Source: Jeongeupia wiesaeckerbachi (GTDB taxonomy: Bacteria > Pseudomonadota > Gammaproteobacteria > Burkholderiales > Chitinibacteraceae). Taken from it: a stretch of 64,000 nt of DNA. Of this stretch, positions 41,346-52,426 are shown one piece after another. The stretch is taken from contig NZ_CP136946.1 in assembly GCF_050916355.1 (NCBI RefSeq), positions 598,162 through 662,161 on the forward strand. The letters run 5' to 3'. The notes beneath the pieces are model-generated. The model searched no databases and was not told where the DNA came from. It worked only from the letters and a program-made list of their open reading frames with translations. Each line of letters opens with the position of its first letter. Position 1 is the first letter of the stretch. The position numbers and the translations under genes are program-made.

Positions 41346-42764
41346 TCAGCGCGAGGGGATTTCCAGAATCCGCAGCGTGTTGGCACCTTGCCCGGCCGGC
41401 GCGCCGAAGGTCAGCGCGATCCGGTCGTTCGGCGCGGCGACGCCGGCTTTCAGCAATGCGGTCTGCACATGGGTGATCTGCGCGTCGCGATCGACCAGGT
41501 CGGCATCCATCATCCGCGGCTGCACGTGGCGGAACAGCGCCATCTTGCGGTAGGTGGTCTGGTCACGGGTGAACGCGTAGATCGGCGTGCCGCTGATATA
41601 ACGCGACAGCCACAGCGGCGAGACGCCCGAGTTGGTCAGCGCGGCGATTGCTTTCAGATCGAGGTGGCCGGCGGCGTACAGCGTCGCCATCGCCACGGTC
41701 TGGTCGATCCGGTCGAACGGCAGCGTATCCAGCGGCACGTCGCCGCCGCGCTCGACCGATCGCTCGGCCTCGATGCAGGTCCGCGCCAGCGCCTCGACCG
41801 CCTCGACCGGGTATTTGCCCGCCGCCGACTCGGCCGACAGCATCACCGCGTCGGTGCCGTCGAGCACGGCGTTGGCACAGTCGGAGACTTCGGCACGCGT
41901 CGGCACCGGGCTGGAGATCATCGATTCCATCATCTGCGTCGCGGTGATGGTCAGTTTGCGCTTGGCGCGGGCGCGCTTGATCATCATCTTCTGCAGCGCC
42001 GGTACGCTGGCGTCGCCGACTTCAACCGCCAGATCGCCACGGGCGACCATGATGCCGTCGGAAGCGTCGAGGATTTCGTCGAGGTTGGCGACCGCTTCGG
42101 TGCGTTCGATCTTGGCGATCAGCCCGCCGGTACCGCCGGCGGCGCGCAACAGCGTGCGCGCCATATACATGTCGGCGGCGCTCTTTGGGAACGACACCGC
42201 GATGTAGTCGGCCTGCAAGGCGGCGGCGGTCTTGATGTCTTCCATGTCCTTGGCGGTCAGCGCCGGCGCGGTCAGGCCGCCACCCTTGCGGTTGATGCCC
42301 TTGTTGTTCGACAGCACGCCGCCGAACAGCACCGTGGTGTAGACCTCGGTGCCGCGCACCTCGAGCACTTCGAGCTGCAGCTCGCCGTCGCCGAGCAAGA
42401 GGATCGCGCCCGGTTCGACGTCGTTCGGCAACTCCTTGTAGTCGAGGCCGACGCGTTCGGCGTTGCCGAGCTCGCAGGCGGCGTCGAGGATGAAGGTGGA
42501 GCCCTTCTTGAGTTCGATCTTGTTCTTTTCGAACTTGCCGATGCGGATCTTCGGCCCCTGCAGGTCGGCGAGCACGGCGACCGGCACGCCGAGCTTGTCG
42601 GCGATGGCGCGCACGGTGTTGGCGCGGTCGGTGTGATCCTGGGCGGTGCCGTGGGAGAAATTGAGGCGGACGGTGTTGACGCCGGCCTTGATCAGCTGTT
42701 CGAGGACGGCCGGGTCGGTCGAAGCAGGGCCGAGGGTGGCGACGATCTTGGTACCGCGGGGCAT
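41346..42764 (-). CDS. pyk: Pyruvate kinase
   Basis: 472 aa from MPRGTKIVATLGPAS.... Conserved PK motifs are present (MVARGDLAVE, K/Mg-binding residues). Confidence 0.95.
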   Translation of the reverse strand: MPRGTKIVATLGPASTDPAVLEQLIKAGVNTVRLNFSHGTAQDHTDRANTVRAIADKLGVPVAVLADLQGPKIRIGKFEKNKIELKKGSTFILDAACELGNAERVGLDYKELPNDVEPGAILLLGDGELQLEVLEVRGTEVYTTVLFGGVLSNNKGINRKGGGLTAPALTAKDMEDIKTAAALQADYIAVSFPKSAADMYMARTLLRAAGGTGGLIAKIERTEAVANLDEILDASDGIMVARGDLAVEVGDASVPALQKMMIKRARAKRKLTITATQMMESMISSPVPTRAEVSDCANAVLDGTDAVMLSAESAAGKYPVEAVEALARTCIEAERSVERGGDVPLDTLPFDRIDQTVAMATLYAAGHLDLKAIAALTNSGVSPLWLSRYISGTPIYAFTRDQTTYRKMALFRHVQPRMMDADLVDRDAQITHVQTALLKAGVAAPNDRIALTFGAPAGQGANTLRILEIPSR

Positions 42765-42890
42765 GGCTTTACTCCTGTGTCGGAATCGCTGCCGACCACC
42801 AGGGGCCGGCCAGACCGACATTGTGGTCAGCCTGCACCGACAAGTAAATCACCAGCCCCCCGCCAGACGGCCAGATCCGAACGCCGGCCC

Positions 42891-43478
42891 TCAGGTTTCG
42901 AGCAGCGTCTGCAGCGTACTGCGCAGCACGGCGATGGTGGCTGCGTCCACATCCTTCGGGTGACGAACCTGCCGCAGCATCAGCCCTTCGAACAGGGCGA
43001 TGATGATTTCGGTCCGGGCCTCCAGATCGCCCAGCGGTGGCAGGCCCCGTCGTTCCCGGCCCGAAGCAATGGTTTCGGCCAGCCGCGTCCTGGCCTTCCG
43101 GTCTCCCTCTTGCACCGTCGCGGCGACCTTGGGATTGCGCGTGGCCTCGGCCAGGATCTCGATCTGCAGCGCATCGTCGGAACAGGGCGATTCGCCAATG
43201 TCGTTGCCAGCCTCGCGGATCAGCGCCTGCAGGATGTCCTCGTCGTCGTACAGCGCGTCGAGCAGCGCAAGGATTTCGGCAACGTCGCGCTCGACGATCG
43301 CCGCGATGATCGCTTCCTTGTTCTCGAAATAGTGATAGATGTGGCCCACGCTCATGCCGGCTGCCTTGGCCAGTTCGGCCATGCTCGCACCGTGGAACCC
43401 CCGCTGGCGAAAGCAATCGGCTGCGGCGTCAAGCACCTGATTGCAGCGTGCCTCGCCCCGGTCTTGTTCGGTTTTCAT
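42891..43478 (-). CDS. TetR/AcrR-family repressor of the divergent RND efflux operon
   Basis: Starts at MKTEQDRGEAR.... N-terminal TetR HTH (FRQRGFHGASMAELAKAAGMSVGHIYHYFENKEAI). Confidence 0.85.
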   Translation of the reverse strand: MKTEQDRGEARCNQVLDAAADCFRQRGFHGASMAELAKAAGMSVGHIYHYFENKEAIIAAIVERDVAEILALLDALYDDEDILQALIREAGNDIGESPCSDDALQIEILAEATRNPKVAATVQEGDRKARTRLAETIASGRERRGLPPLGDLEARTEIIIALFEGLMLRQVRHPKDVDAATIAVLRSTLQTLLET

Positions 43479-43570
43479 GCTGTCCCTCGTGTCGCTCACG
43501 CTGCGCAGACTGACGATTCCATTTGTCATAGCCCGGCGTACTATGCGCTTGCCAAGTGATTTTGATTTTA

Positions 43571-43607
43571 ATTAGAATGGTCATTCTAGAATGATCATTC
43601 ATTCTAT
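43571..43607. promoter_or_regulatory. Tandem palindromic TetR-type operator in the TetR/efflux intergenic region
   Basis: TAGAATGgtCATTCTA (43573-43588) immediately followed by GAATGATCATTC (43589-43600), in an AT-rich stretch between divergent genes. Confidence 0.55.
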
Positions 43608-43714
43608 TTCGAACCATTGTGTCTGAACAGTGTCCAGTTTCCCCAGCCGCCCGGTAAGAACGCCCGGCGGCCGTTTCCGTTGAATGTTAAATCGACTCCG
43701 AAGAAGAGGCCCCC

Positions 43715-44890
43715 ATGCACCTGATCCCGAGACGCGCGCTGGTCGCCGCCAGCCTGATTGCCGGCAGCCTGGCGCTGATCGGCTGCGGCGAACCTAACGC
43801 AGCCAATAACGCCGCGCACCCCGAGCCGGTCGTCGGCGTGGTGACGGTCTCCGGCCAGTCGCTGCCGATGACAACCGAACTGGCCGGCCGCACCTCGCCG
43901 TACCAGGTTTCCGATGTCCGCCCGCAGGTCGGCGGCATCATCCAGAAGCGGCTGTTCACCGAAGGCAGCGAAATCAAGGCCGGTCAGGTGCTGTACCAGA
44001 TCGACCCGGCGACCTACCAGGCGGCGTACGACAGCGCCAAGGCCTCGCTGGCCAAGGCCGAAGCCAATGTGCTGTCGGCCAAGAACCGCGCCGAACGCTA
44101 CGCCGATCTGGTCAAGATCAACGCCGTCAGCAAGCAGGAATACGACGACGCCTACGCGACGCTGAAGCAGTCCGAGGCCGACGTCGCCGCCGGCCGCGCC
44201 GCGGTCGAAACCGCGCGCATCAACCTCGCCTACACCAAGGTTACTTCGCCGGTCGACGGCCGTATCGGCCGTTCGGCGGTCACGCCGGGTGCGCTGGTCA
44301 CCGCCAACCAGGCCGAATCGCTGGCGACGGTGCAGACGCTCGATCCCATCTATGTCGACGTCACCCAGTCGAGCAACGAGCTGCTGCGCCTGCAGCGCGA
44401 ACTGGCCAGCGGCAGCCTCAAGCGCGCGGGCACCGACGCCGCCAAGGTCAAGCTGGTATTCGACGATGGCAGCACCTACCCGCTCGAAGGCAAGCTCGAG
44501 TTCTCCGAAGTCACCGTCGAGCAGAGCACCGGTACGGTGACGCTGCGCGCGGTGTTCCCGAATCCGAAGCACCAGTTGCTGCCGGGCATGTATGTGCGCG
44601 CGGTGATCGAGGAAGGCGTCAATGACAACGCCATCCTCGCGCCGCAGCAGGCGGTGACCCGTGACGCCCGCGGCAACGCCACGGCCATGGTCGTCGGCAA
44701 GGATGACAAGGTCGAACCGCGCCAGCTCAAGACCGCCCGCACCGTCGGCGACAACTGGCTCGTCACCGACGGCCTGAAGAGCGGCGACAAGCTGATCGTC
44801 GACGGCCTGCAGAAAATCCACCCGGGCGCCAAGGTCAAGACCGTGGCCGCCAGCGGCGCTGCCAGCGCGCCGACCGTCGCAGCCAAGTAA
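43715..44890 (+). CDS. RND efflux periplasmic adaptor (MexA/AcrA family)
   Basis: 391 aa with a lipoprotein signal (LALIGCG) and a biotinyl/lipoyl-like hairpin. HlyD family. Confidence 0.9.
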   Translation: MHLIPRRALVAASLIAGSLALIGCGEPNAANNAAHPEPVVGVVTVSGQSLPMTTELAGRTSPYQVSDVRPQVGGIIQKRLFTEGSEIKAGQVLYQIDPATYQAAYDSAKASLAKAEANVLSAKNRAERYADLVKINAVSKQEYDDAYATLKQSEADVAAGRAAVETARINLAYTKVTSPVDGRIGRSAVTPGALVTANQAESLATVQTLDPIYVDVTQSSNELLRLQRELASGSLKRAGTDAAKVKLVFDDGSTYPLEGKLEFSEVTVEQSTGTVTLRAVFPNPKHQLLPGMYVRAVIEEGVNDNAILAPQQAVTRDARGNATAMVVGKDDKVEPRQLKTARTVGDNWLVTDGLKSGDKLIVDGLQKIHPGAKVKTVAASGAASAPTVAAK

Positions 44891-44903
44891 GGGGAGAACC
44901 TAA

Positions 44904-47900
44904 ATGGCTCGTTTCTTCATCGACCGCCCGATTTTCGCGTGGGTGGTCGCCATCATCATCATGCTCGCGGGGCTGCTGGCGATCCGCACCTTGCCGGTCG
45001 CCCAGTACCCGAGCATCGCGCCGCCGACGATTTCGATCGCCGCCACCTATCCGGGTGCTTCGGCCAAGACGCTGGAAGACACCGTCACCCAGGTCATCGA
45101 GCAGAACATGAAGGGGCTCGACGGCTTGCTGTACATGTCGTCGACCAGTGAGTCGACCGGCATGGTCGCCATCACGCTGACCTTCGCCGCCGGCACCGAT
45201 CCGGACATCGCCCAGGTGCAGGTGCAGAACAAGCTGCAACTGGCGACGCCGCTCTTGCCCGAAGCCGTACAGCGTCAGGGCATTTCGGTGTCGAAGTCGT
45301 CGGCGAGCTTCCTGATGGTGCTCGGCTTCGTCTCGACCGACGGCAGCATGAGCGACATCGACCTCTCGGACTACGTCGCCGCCAACGTGCAGGATCCGCT
45401 CTCCCGGACCAACGGCGTCGGCAACATCCAGCTGTTCGGCTCGCAGTACGCGATGCGGATCTGGCTCGACCCGAGCAAGCTCAACAACTACAAGATGACG
45501 CCGGTCGACGTCGCCAACGCGATCCGTTCGCAGAACGTCCAGGTGTCGGCCGGCCAGCTTGGCGGTACGCCGTCGGTATCGGGCCAGCGCCTGAACGCGA
45601 CCGTGTCGGCGCAGACGATGCTGCAGACGCCGGAGCAGTTCGGCGCGATCCAGCTGCGCATCAACAGCGACGGTTCGACCGTCTATCTGCGTGACGTCGC
45701 CCGCGTCGAGCTCGGCGCCCAGAGCTACGACAGCGTTGCGCGCTTCAACGGCAAGCCAGCCGCCGGTATCGGTATCCAGCTCGCCACCGGTGCCAACGCG
45801 CTCGAAACCCGCACCGCGGTCGAGCAGCGCGTCGACGAAATGGCCAAGTTCTTCCCGCCCGGCATCAAGGTCGTCTACCCGTACGACACCACGCCGTTCG
45901 TGAAGATCTCGATCCATGAAGTGGTGAAGACGCTGCTTGAGGCCATCGTGCTCGTCTTCCTGGTGATGTATCTGTTCCTGCAGAACTTCCGCGCGACGCT
46001 GATCCCGACGATTGCGGTGCCGGTCGTGCTGCTCGGCACCTTCGGCATCCTCGCGGCGTTCGGATTCTCGATCAACACGCTGACGATGTTCGCGATGGTG
46101 CTGGCGATCGGCCTCTTGGTCGACGATGCGATCGTCGTGGTCGAGAACGTCGAACGGGTGATGAGCGAGGAAGGCCTGTCGCCGAAGGAAGCAACCAAGA
46201 AATCGATGGGCCAGATCACCGGCGCGCTGGTCGGCATCGCCATGGTGCTGTCGGCGGTATTCATCCCGATGGCGTTCTTCGGCGGCTCGACCGGCGTCAT
46301 CTACCGGCAGTTCTCGATCACCATCGTCTCGGCGATGGCGCTGTCGGTGGTCGTTGCACTGGTGCTGACCCCGGCGCTGTGCGCGACCATGCTCAAGCAG
46401 ATCGAGAAGGGTCACCACGCGTCGGATAAAGGTTTCTTCGGCTGGTTCAACAACAAGTTCGACGCGACCAACGCCCGCTATCAGGGCATGGTCGGCGGCA
46501 TCCTGCGCCGCAGCGGCCGCTTCATGGTCATCTACCTGCTGATCGCCGCCGGCATGGCCGTGCTGTTCATGCGCCTGCCGACGTCCTTCCTGCCCGATGA
46601 AGACCAGGGCATCCTGTTCTCGCAGATCATGCTGCCGGCCGGCGCGACGCAGGAGCAGACGCTCGAGGTGATCAAGAAGGTCGAGCATCACTTCCTCGTC
46701 GACGAGAAGAAGAACGTCAACTCGGTGTTCTCGGTGGCCGGCTTCAGCTTCGGCGGTAGCGGTCAGAACAACGGTATCGCCTTCGTCAGCCTGAAGGACT
46801 GGGACCAGCGCAAGAGCGCCGACGATCACGTCAACGCGATCGCCGGTCGTGCAATGGGCGCGTTCTCGCAGATCCGCGAAGCCTTCGCGTTCGCGTTCGC
46901 ACCGCCGGCGGTGATCGAGCTCGGCAACGCGACCGGTTTCGACTTCTTCCTGCAGGACCGCGCCGGCGTCGGCCACGAAAAGCTGATCGAAGCGCGCAAT
47001 ATGCTGCTCGGCATGGCCGCCAAGGATCCGACCCTCGTCGGCGTCCGCCCGAACGGCCAGGAAGACACGCCGCAGTTCCAGCTCGACATCGACCAGGAAA
47101 AGGCCGGTGCGCTCGGCGTCTCGATCGCCAGCATCAACGACACGATCTCGACCGCCTGGGGTTCGTCCTACGTCAACGACTTCATCGACCGTGGCCGGAT
47201 CAAGAAGGTCTACATGCAAGCCGAAGCTTCGGCACGGATGCAGCCGGAAGACCTGAACAAGTGGTATGTGCGCAATGCGCAGGGCGAGATGGTGCCGTTC
47301 TCGGCCTTCGCCAGCGCGCACTGGGACTACGGCTCGCCGCGTCTCGAACGCTACAACGGTCTGTCGGCGGTCGAAATCCTCGGCCAGGCCGCACCGGGCA
47401 AGAGCTCCGGTGAGGCGATGAAGGCGATCGAGGACATCGTCGCCAAGCTGCCGCCGGGCGTCGGCATCGAATGGACCGGCCAGTCGTACCAGGAGCGGAT
47501 GTCGGGCTCGCAAGCGCCGGCGCTGTACGCGATCTCGCTGCTGATCGTGTTCCTGTGCCTTGCCGCACTGTACGAAAGCTGGTCGATCCCGTTCTCGGTG
47601 ATGCTGGTGGTACCGCTGGGCGTGCTCGGCGCGGTACTGGCGACGACGGTGCGCGGTCTGTCCAACGACGTGTACTTCCAGGTCGGCCTGCTGACGACGA
47701 TCGGCCTGTCGGCGAAAAACGCGATCCTGATCGTCGAATTCGCCAAGGAGCACATGGAAGCCGGTGCCAGCATGATCGACGCGACGCTGACCGCGGTGCG
47801 CGAACGCTTGCGGCCGATCCTGATGACGTCGCTGGCCTTCGCGCTCGGCGTGCTGCCGATGGCGATGAACACCGGCGCCGGTTCGGGCGCGCAGAACGCG

Positions 47901-48074
47901 ATCGGTACCGGCGTGCTCGGCGGCATGCTGTCGGCGACGCTGCTGGCGATCTTCTTCGTGCCGCTGTTCTTTGTCGTCGTGCACAAGCTCTTCGACCGCT
48001 TCACCAAGCCCAAGGCACACGCCGCCCCGGCCACCGAACACGCAGCACTCAAGGAGAGCCAACACGATGCGTAA
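44904..48074 (+). CDS. RND multidrug efflux pump (AcrB/MexB family)
   Basis: 1056 aa, starting [14 protein letters not shown].... 12 TM helices with two large periplasmic loops. Confidence 0.95.
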   Translation: MARFFIDRPIFAWVVAIIIMLAGLLAIRTLPVAQYPSIAPPTISIAATYPGASAKTLEDTVTQVIEQNMKGLDGLLYMSSTSESTGMVAITLTFAAGTDPDIAQVQVQNKLQLATPLLPEAVQRQGISVSKSSASFLMVLGFVSTDGSMSDIDLSDYVAANVQDPLSRTNGVGNIQLFGSQYAMRIWLDPSKLNNYKMTPVDVANAIRSQNVQVSAGQLGGTPSVSGQRLNATVSAQTMLQTPEQFGAIQLRINSDGSTVYLRDVARVELGAQSYDSVARFNGKPAAGIGIQLATGANALETRTAVEQRVDEMAKFFPPGIKVVYPYDTTPFVKISIHEVVKTLLEAIVLVFLVMYLFLQNFRATLIPTIAVPVVLLGTFGILAAFGFSINTLTMFAMVLAIGLLVDDAIVVVENVERVMSEEGLSPKEATKKSMGQITGALVGIAMVLSAVFIPMAFFGGSTGVIYRQFSITIVSAMALSVVVALVLTPALCATMLKQIEKGHHASDKGFFGWFNNKFDATNARYQGMVGGILRRSGRFMVIYLLIAAGMAVLFMRLPTSFLPDEDQGILFSQIMLPAGATQEQTLEVIKKVEHHFLVDEKKNVNSVFSVAGFSFGGSGQNNGIAFVSLKDWDQRKSADDHVNAIAGRAMGAFSQIREAFAFAFAPPAVIELGNATGFDFFLQDRAGVGHEKLIEARNMLLGMAAKDPTLVGVRPNGQEDTPQFQLDIDQEKAGALGVSIASINDTISTAWGSSYVNDFIDRGRIKKVYMQAEASARMQPEDLNKWYVRNAQGEMVPFSAFASAHWDYGSPRLERYNGLSAVEILGQAAPGKSSGEAMKAIEDIVAKLPPGVGIEWTGQSYQERMSGSQAPALYAISLLIVFLCLAALYESWSIPFSVMLVVPLGVLGAVLATTVRGLSNDVYFQVGLLTTIGLSAKNAILIVEFAKEHMEAGASMIDATLTAVRERLRPILMTSLAFALGVLPMAMNTGAGSGAQNAIGTGVLGGMLSATLLAIFFVPLFFVVVHKLFDRFTKPKAHAAPATEHAALKESQHDA

Positions 48075-49521
48075 CACCCTCCTGAGCCTGGCCGTGTCCA
48101 GCGCCCTGTTGGCCGGCTGCACGCTGGCGCCCACCTACCAGCGCCCGGTCACGCCGCCCGAGGCGGCCTCATGGCCGCAGGGCGCGGCCTACCCGGCCAC
48201 GAGCGCCGACGGTCGTCAATTCGCCGACACCGCCTGGCGCGACTATTTCAACGACGCCAGGCTGCAACAGGTGATCGCGCTGGCGCTGGCCAACAACCGC
48301 GACCTGCGCGTCGCGGCGCTGAACATCGAGAAGGCCCGCGCGCAGTATCAGATATCGCGTGCCGATCTCTTCCCGTCGATCCGCGCCAGCGGCAGCGGCA
48401 CCGGCCAGCGCACGCCGGGTAGCCTGTCGATGACCGGCCAGCCCGAAATCAGCCACCAGTACAGCGCCGGTCTCGGCTTTGCCTCGTACGAAATCGACCT
48501 GTTCGGCCGCGTCCAGAGCCTGAAGGACGCCGCGCTCGAGCAATACTTCGCCACCGAGGAAGCGCGTCGCAGCGCCCAGATCAGCCTGATCGCCGAAGTC
48601 GCCAACGCCTATCTGACGCTGGCGGCCGACAACGACAGGCTGCGGTTGGCGCAGGAGACGCTGAAGAGCCAGCGCGAATCGTTCGAGCTGACCAAGAAGC
48701 GCTTCGACCTCGGCGTCGCCTCCGAACTCGACGTACGCCAGGCGCAGACCAGCGTCGAATCGGCGCGCGTCGACGTCGCCAAGTTCACCGGCCTGATCGC
48801 CCAGGACGCCAATGCGCTGACGCTGCTGCTCGGCGCACGCCTGCCGGCCGAGCTGCAACCGTCGACGTCGGTCGAATCGGTTACCGCCGTGCGCGACGTG
48901 CCGGGCGGCCTGCCGTCCGATGTGCTGCTGGCGCGGCCGGACATCGTCCGGGCCGAGCACCAGCTCAAGTCGGCCAATGCCAATATCGGCGCGGCACGCG
49001 CGGCGTTCTTCCCGAGCATCACGCTGACCGCCAGCGCCGGCAGCGCCAGCGCCAGCCTCGGCGATCTGTTCAAGGCCGGCTCGGGCGCGTGGAGCTTCAT
49101 GCCGCAGGTGAGCATTCCGATCTTCGAGGGCGGTCGCAATATCGCCAACCTCGACGCGGCCAAGGCCGACGAGAAGATCGCCGTCGCGCAGTACGAGAAG
49201 TCGATCCAGAGCGCCTTCCGCGAAGTGTCGGACGCGCTGGCCGACCGCGGCACGCTCGACGAGCAGGTCTCGGCGCAACAGGCGCTGGTCGATGCCTCGG
49301 CCAAGAGCTACACCTTGTCGCAGGCGCGCTACGGCAAGGGCGTCGACAGCTACCTGAACGTGCTCGACTCGCAGCGCTCGCTCTACAGCGCCCAACAGGG
49401 GCTGATCTCGATCCGGCTGTCGCGTCAGGCCAATCTGGTCACGCTGTACAAGGTGTTCGGCGGTGGCGGCCAGGACGAGGCCGCGATGGCCAACGCCTCG
49501 GCGCCCGCCAAGGCCTCGTGA
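48064..49521 (+). CDS. Outer membrane efflux factor (OprM/NodT family lipoprotein)
   Basis: Starts at [18 protein letters not shown] (lipobox). It overlaps the RND gene by 11 bp and has tandem TolC-like repeats. Confidence 0.9.
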   Translation, partial: TMRNTLLSLAVSSALLAGCTLAPTYQRPVTPPEAASWPQGAAYPATSADGRQFADTAWRDYFNDARLQQVIALALANNRDLRVAALNIEKARAQYQISRADLFPSIRASGSGTGQRTPGSLSMTGQPEISHQYSAGLGFASYEIDLFGRVQSLKDAALEQYFATEEARRSAQISLIAEVANAYLTLAADNDRLRLAQETLKSQRESFELTKKRFDLGVASELDVRQAQTSVESARVDVAKFTGLIAQDANALTLLLGARLPAELQPSTSVESVTAVRDVPGGLPSDVLLARPDIVRAEHQLKSANANIGAARAAFFPSITLTASAGSASASLGDLFKAGSGAWSFMPQVSIPIFEGGRNIANLDAAKADEKIAVAQYEKSIQSAFREVSDALADRGTLDEQVSAQQALVDASAKSYTLSQARYGKGVDSYLNVLDSQRSLYSAQQGLISIRLSRQANLVTLYKVFGGGGQDEAAMANASAPAKAS

Positions 49522-49533
49522 TCGCACCGGAAT

Positions 49534-49567
49534 GAAAAACGCCCCTCGACGAGGGGCGTTTTTTTTA
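49534..49567. terminator. Bidirectional rho-independent terminator (efflux operon / chaN)
   Basis: aaaaacgcccctcgacgaggggcgttttttttt. Confidence 0.75.
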
Positions 49568-49575
49568 TGCCGCGC

Positions 49576-50406
49576 TCAACCCAACGCCGCGCACGGATCC
49601 GGTCGATTCGCCGCCGGAATCGTCACCACCTCGTCAAACGCCTTCGCATCCTTGCCGCTCTCGAGATAACCGACGCTGAGCACCTGCGCCGCCGGCACGC
49701 CGGCCAGCCAGCGCGGCACGCCGATATCGCTGCGCACGTGGCCGTTGCCGGCGATCAGCACCACGCCGCGCTGCGCGTTGTCGCGCAGCACCTGCGCCAT
49801 GAAGGCGTCGCGGGCGATCTGCGCCTGCGCCATGCCCGGCACCATCGCCTGCGGCAGCTTGCCGCAATGGCCGACTTCGACTTCATGCTGCTGGCCGGCG
49901 ACGATGTCGGCGGCCGGCGCCACATCCAGTCGCGCCGCCTTCAGTGCGGCCGGGTCGAACGCCGCAGCGTAACCACCACGGACGACCTTGCCGGCGTCGG
50001 CGCGCGACACATTGGCGGCGATCAGCGGCAGATCGTACTGCAGCGCCAGCGCGACCACCGGCTTGTAGAACGCCCAGTTCCAGCTCGATTTGACCGGCGC
50101 CGCCGCCTTGATCACCGCATCGGCGTCGCCGCCCTTCCGGGCAGCATCCAGCTCGGGCTGGCGTTCTCGGTCGAACTGCTCCATTGCGATCGCCGGCCGC
50201 CAGCCTGCCTCGACCGCGGCTTTCAGCGCCGCAAAGCGGGCCTCGTGCCCCGCGGCGTTGTCGTGGACTTCGCCCAGCAGCACGACGCGCTTGTCGGCCA
50301 TTGCCACCGGCAACGACGGCGCCGATGCGCACGCCCCCAGCAGCGCGGCAGACATCAGGGCGAGAATCAGGGTGCGGGGGGAGCGGGACATGATGCTTCC
50401 AGACAA
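49576..50406 (-). CDS. ChaN-family lipoprotein (haem/iron-associated, DUF399)
   Basis: Lipoprotein signal (LILALMSAALLGACAS) and a ChaN-like domain (VVLLGEVHDNAAGH...). Confidence 0.6.
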   Translation of the reverse strand: MSGSIMSRSPRTLILALMSAALLGACASAPSLPVAMADKRVVLLGEVHDNAAGHEARFAALKAAVEAGWRPAIAMEQFDRERQPELDAARKGGDADAVIKAAAPVKSSWNWAFYKPVVALALQYDLPLIAANVSRADAGKVVRGGYAAAFDPAALKAARLDVAPAADIVAGQQHEVEVGHCGKLPQAMVPGMAQAQIARDAFMAQVLRDNAQRGVVLIAGNGHVRSDIGVPRWLAGVPAAQVLSVGYLESGKDAKAFDEVVTIPAANRPDPCAALG

Positions 50407-50625
50407 AAAAGAGAATAATTCTCATCCAATCTCTTTCAAGCTGACAAGCACAATCGCCGCAGCAACAAGCGCGGCGCTGCTCCCGGCGCTCGTTCCGGCG
50501 CGGCGCACATCCTGCCCGCGGCGTTGTATCCGCTTGCCGTTCGTTGTGACGGGGTCTCCCGGCGATGCTTCGCACGTCTTGCCAGCACCGTTACACTGGA
50601 TTCTGGTCGCCACGCTAATCCCCCG

Positions 50626-51216
50626 ATGTTCACGCTCTCCAGTTCCGTCGAGTACACGCTCGAGATCAAGAAAAGCCGCTTCCTCGGCCGGGTCGAGCCC
50701 GTAGCCAGCCGCGCCGAGGCGCTGGCCGTCATCGACACACTGCGCGCCGCTCATCCGGATGCCGCGCATGTCTGCTGGGCGCTGCTCGCCGGCGGTAACT
50801 CGGGCATGAGCGATGATGGCGAGCCATCGGGTACCGCAGGACGACCGATGCTCGAAGTGCTGCGTCATCACGATCTCGACGGCGTACTGGCGAGCGTGGT
50901 GCGCTACTACGGCGGCGTCAAACTCGGCGCCGGCGGGCTGGTCCGTGCCTATACCGATGCGGTCGCCGGCGCCCTCGTCGGTGCGGTCAAGACCGAGCGG
51001 ATCGCGATGACCCTGCTTTCGCTGACACTGCCTTACGCCGATGAAAACCGTGTTCGCCACTGGGCCCAGCAGCAGGGCTTCGAGGTGGTCGCCGCCAGCC
51101 ATGCGGCCGCAGTCACCCTGACGATATCCCTGCCGCAAGCCGCCGAAGCAGCCAGCTTGCGCGCGCTGACCGACCTGACATCAGGCCGTTTGCGCCACAT
51201 TGGCACGCCCGACTGA
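50626..51216 (+). CDS. IMPACT/YigZ family protein (UPF0029)
   Basis: 196 aa from MFTLSSSVEYTLEIKKSRF. Conserved RWDM-less IMPACT core (CWALLAGG...GEPSGTAGRPMLEVL). Confidence 0.75.
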   Translation: MFTLSSSVEYTLEIKKSRFLGRVEPVASRAEALAVIDTLRAAHPDAAHVCWALLAGGNSGMSDDGEPSGTAGRPMLEVLRHHDLDGVLASVVRYYGGVKLGAGGLVRAYTDAVAGALVGAVKTERIAMTLLSLTLPYADENRVRHWAQQQGFEVVAASHAAAVTLTISLPQAAEAASLRALTDLTSGRLRHIGTPD

Positions 51217-51379
51217 ACACGTTTCAGTTCAGCGCGCGTCCTTGGTTTTTCAGCTGTTTTCAGAGTTAACAGTCAAATTTGTGTAATTTGTGCTTACCAA
51301 CTATCGGTTCAGGCTTGAAAGCCGAAAAACATGCGTTTAGTCTAGCCGCCATCCCATAGCCAAGCCGTCCCCCCGATCC

Positions 51380-52387
51380 ATGCACCCCGGCGAGCTCAAC
51401 GCGCTTGCGCACCTGATCAGCGAAAGCGAGCGGCTCACATATCTCGATCCGCACGCAGCGCTCAGCCTCGCCGAATCGGCCAGCCGGCTCGCGCCGGCCT
51501 GTAAAGACACGCTGCTGGCCATCTCGGCGTGGCGTTGCTACGGCACGATGCTGTTCGCCTTCGGCCGCATTCCGGATGGCCAGCATGCGATGTTCAAGGC
51601 GCTGACGCTGGCCGACGCCGAGGACCTCGTCGCCGAACGCGGCGAGCTGATCCAGGAACTCGCCTGTGCCTACTACACGCAAGGCGATTACGACGAAGCG
51701 ATCGCCTATTGGGCCGACTGCATCGATACCGACGGCTTCACGCTCAGCACCCGCATCCACGCCTACATCGGCCTCGGCCAGGTTTATTACGCGCACGAGC
51801 GCTACGAGATGGCCTTGCAGAACCACCTCGACGCCAAGGCGCTGATCCTGCCGCCGTTCGATACCGACCTGCATAGCCGGGTGCTGATCAATCTGGCGGC
51901 CGACTACGCCAAGCTTGGGCGTTTCGACGACGTCGCGCTCGAGCTCGACGAAGCGATGCCGCTGGCCGAAGCCGCCGGCAACCCCGAGTACATCGGCGAA
52001 ATCCTCGTCTATCGCAGCGCCGTCGCGCTGGCCCGCGGCCAGATCGCCGACGCGCACACCTTCCTGGACCAGGCCGTCGCCATGCGTCGGGTCTGGGCCT
52101 GGGGTGAAATCTCGCAGAACCTCGCCCGCGGCCGCGTCTACCTGTTCGAAGGCCGGCTCGACGAGGCGCTGACCGCCGTGCACACGGCCTTGCTGCGCGC
52201 CGACGAAATGGGCACCTGCCACAAGACCTTCCAGGCCCATCACCTGCTGGCGCAGATCTACCAGCGCAAGGGCAACACCAACCAGGCCGAGTACTTCCAC
52301 CGCCGCTATCAGGAAGCGTTCAGCCGTATCGTCCGTTCCGGCACCTACGCTAAACTTCAGGCGCTCGAAGCCAGGCTGAACCACTGA
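51380..52387 (+). CDS. TPR-repeat protein (paralog 1)
   Basis: 335 aa with helical-repeat periodicity and TPR-like A/Y/L positions. Paralogous to 53774..54778 (AYWADCIDTDGF / GYWLDCLDLPTT; HAYIGLGQVYYAHERYEMAL / HIGLGQLLYAQEQFEAAL). Confidence 0.6.
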   Translation: MHPGELNALAHLISESERLTYLDPHAALSLAESASRLAPACKDTLLAISAWRCYGTMLFAFGRIPDGQHAMFKALTLADAEDLVAERGELIQELACAYYTQGDYDEAIAYWADCIDTDGFTLSTRIHAYIGLGQVYYAHERYEMALQNHLDAKALILPPFDTDLHSRVLINLAADYAKLGRFDDVALELDEAMPLAEAAGNPEYIGEILVYRSAVALARGQIADAHTFLDQAVAMRRVWAWGEISQNLARGRVYLFEGRLDEALTAVHTALLRADEMGTCHKTFQAHHLLAQIYQRKGNTNQAEYFHRRYQEAFSRIVRSGTYAKLQALEARLNH

Positions 52388-52426
52388 TCCCCGCCTGGCG
52401 CGATCGCGCCAGGAGTCCTTCTTCCC

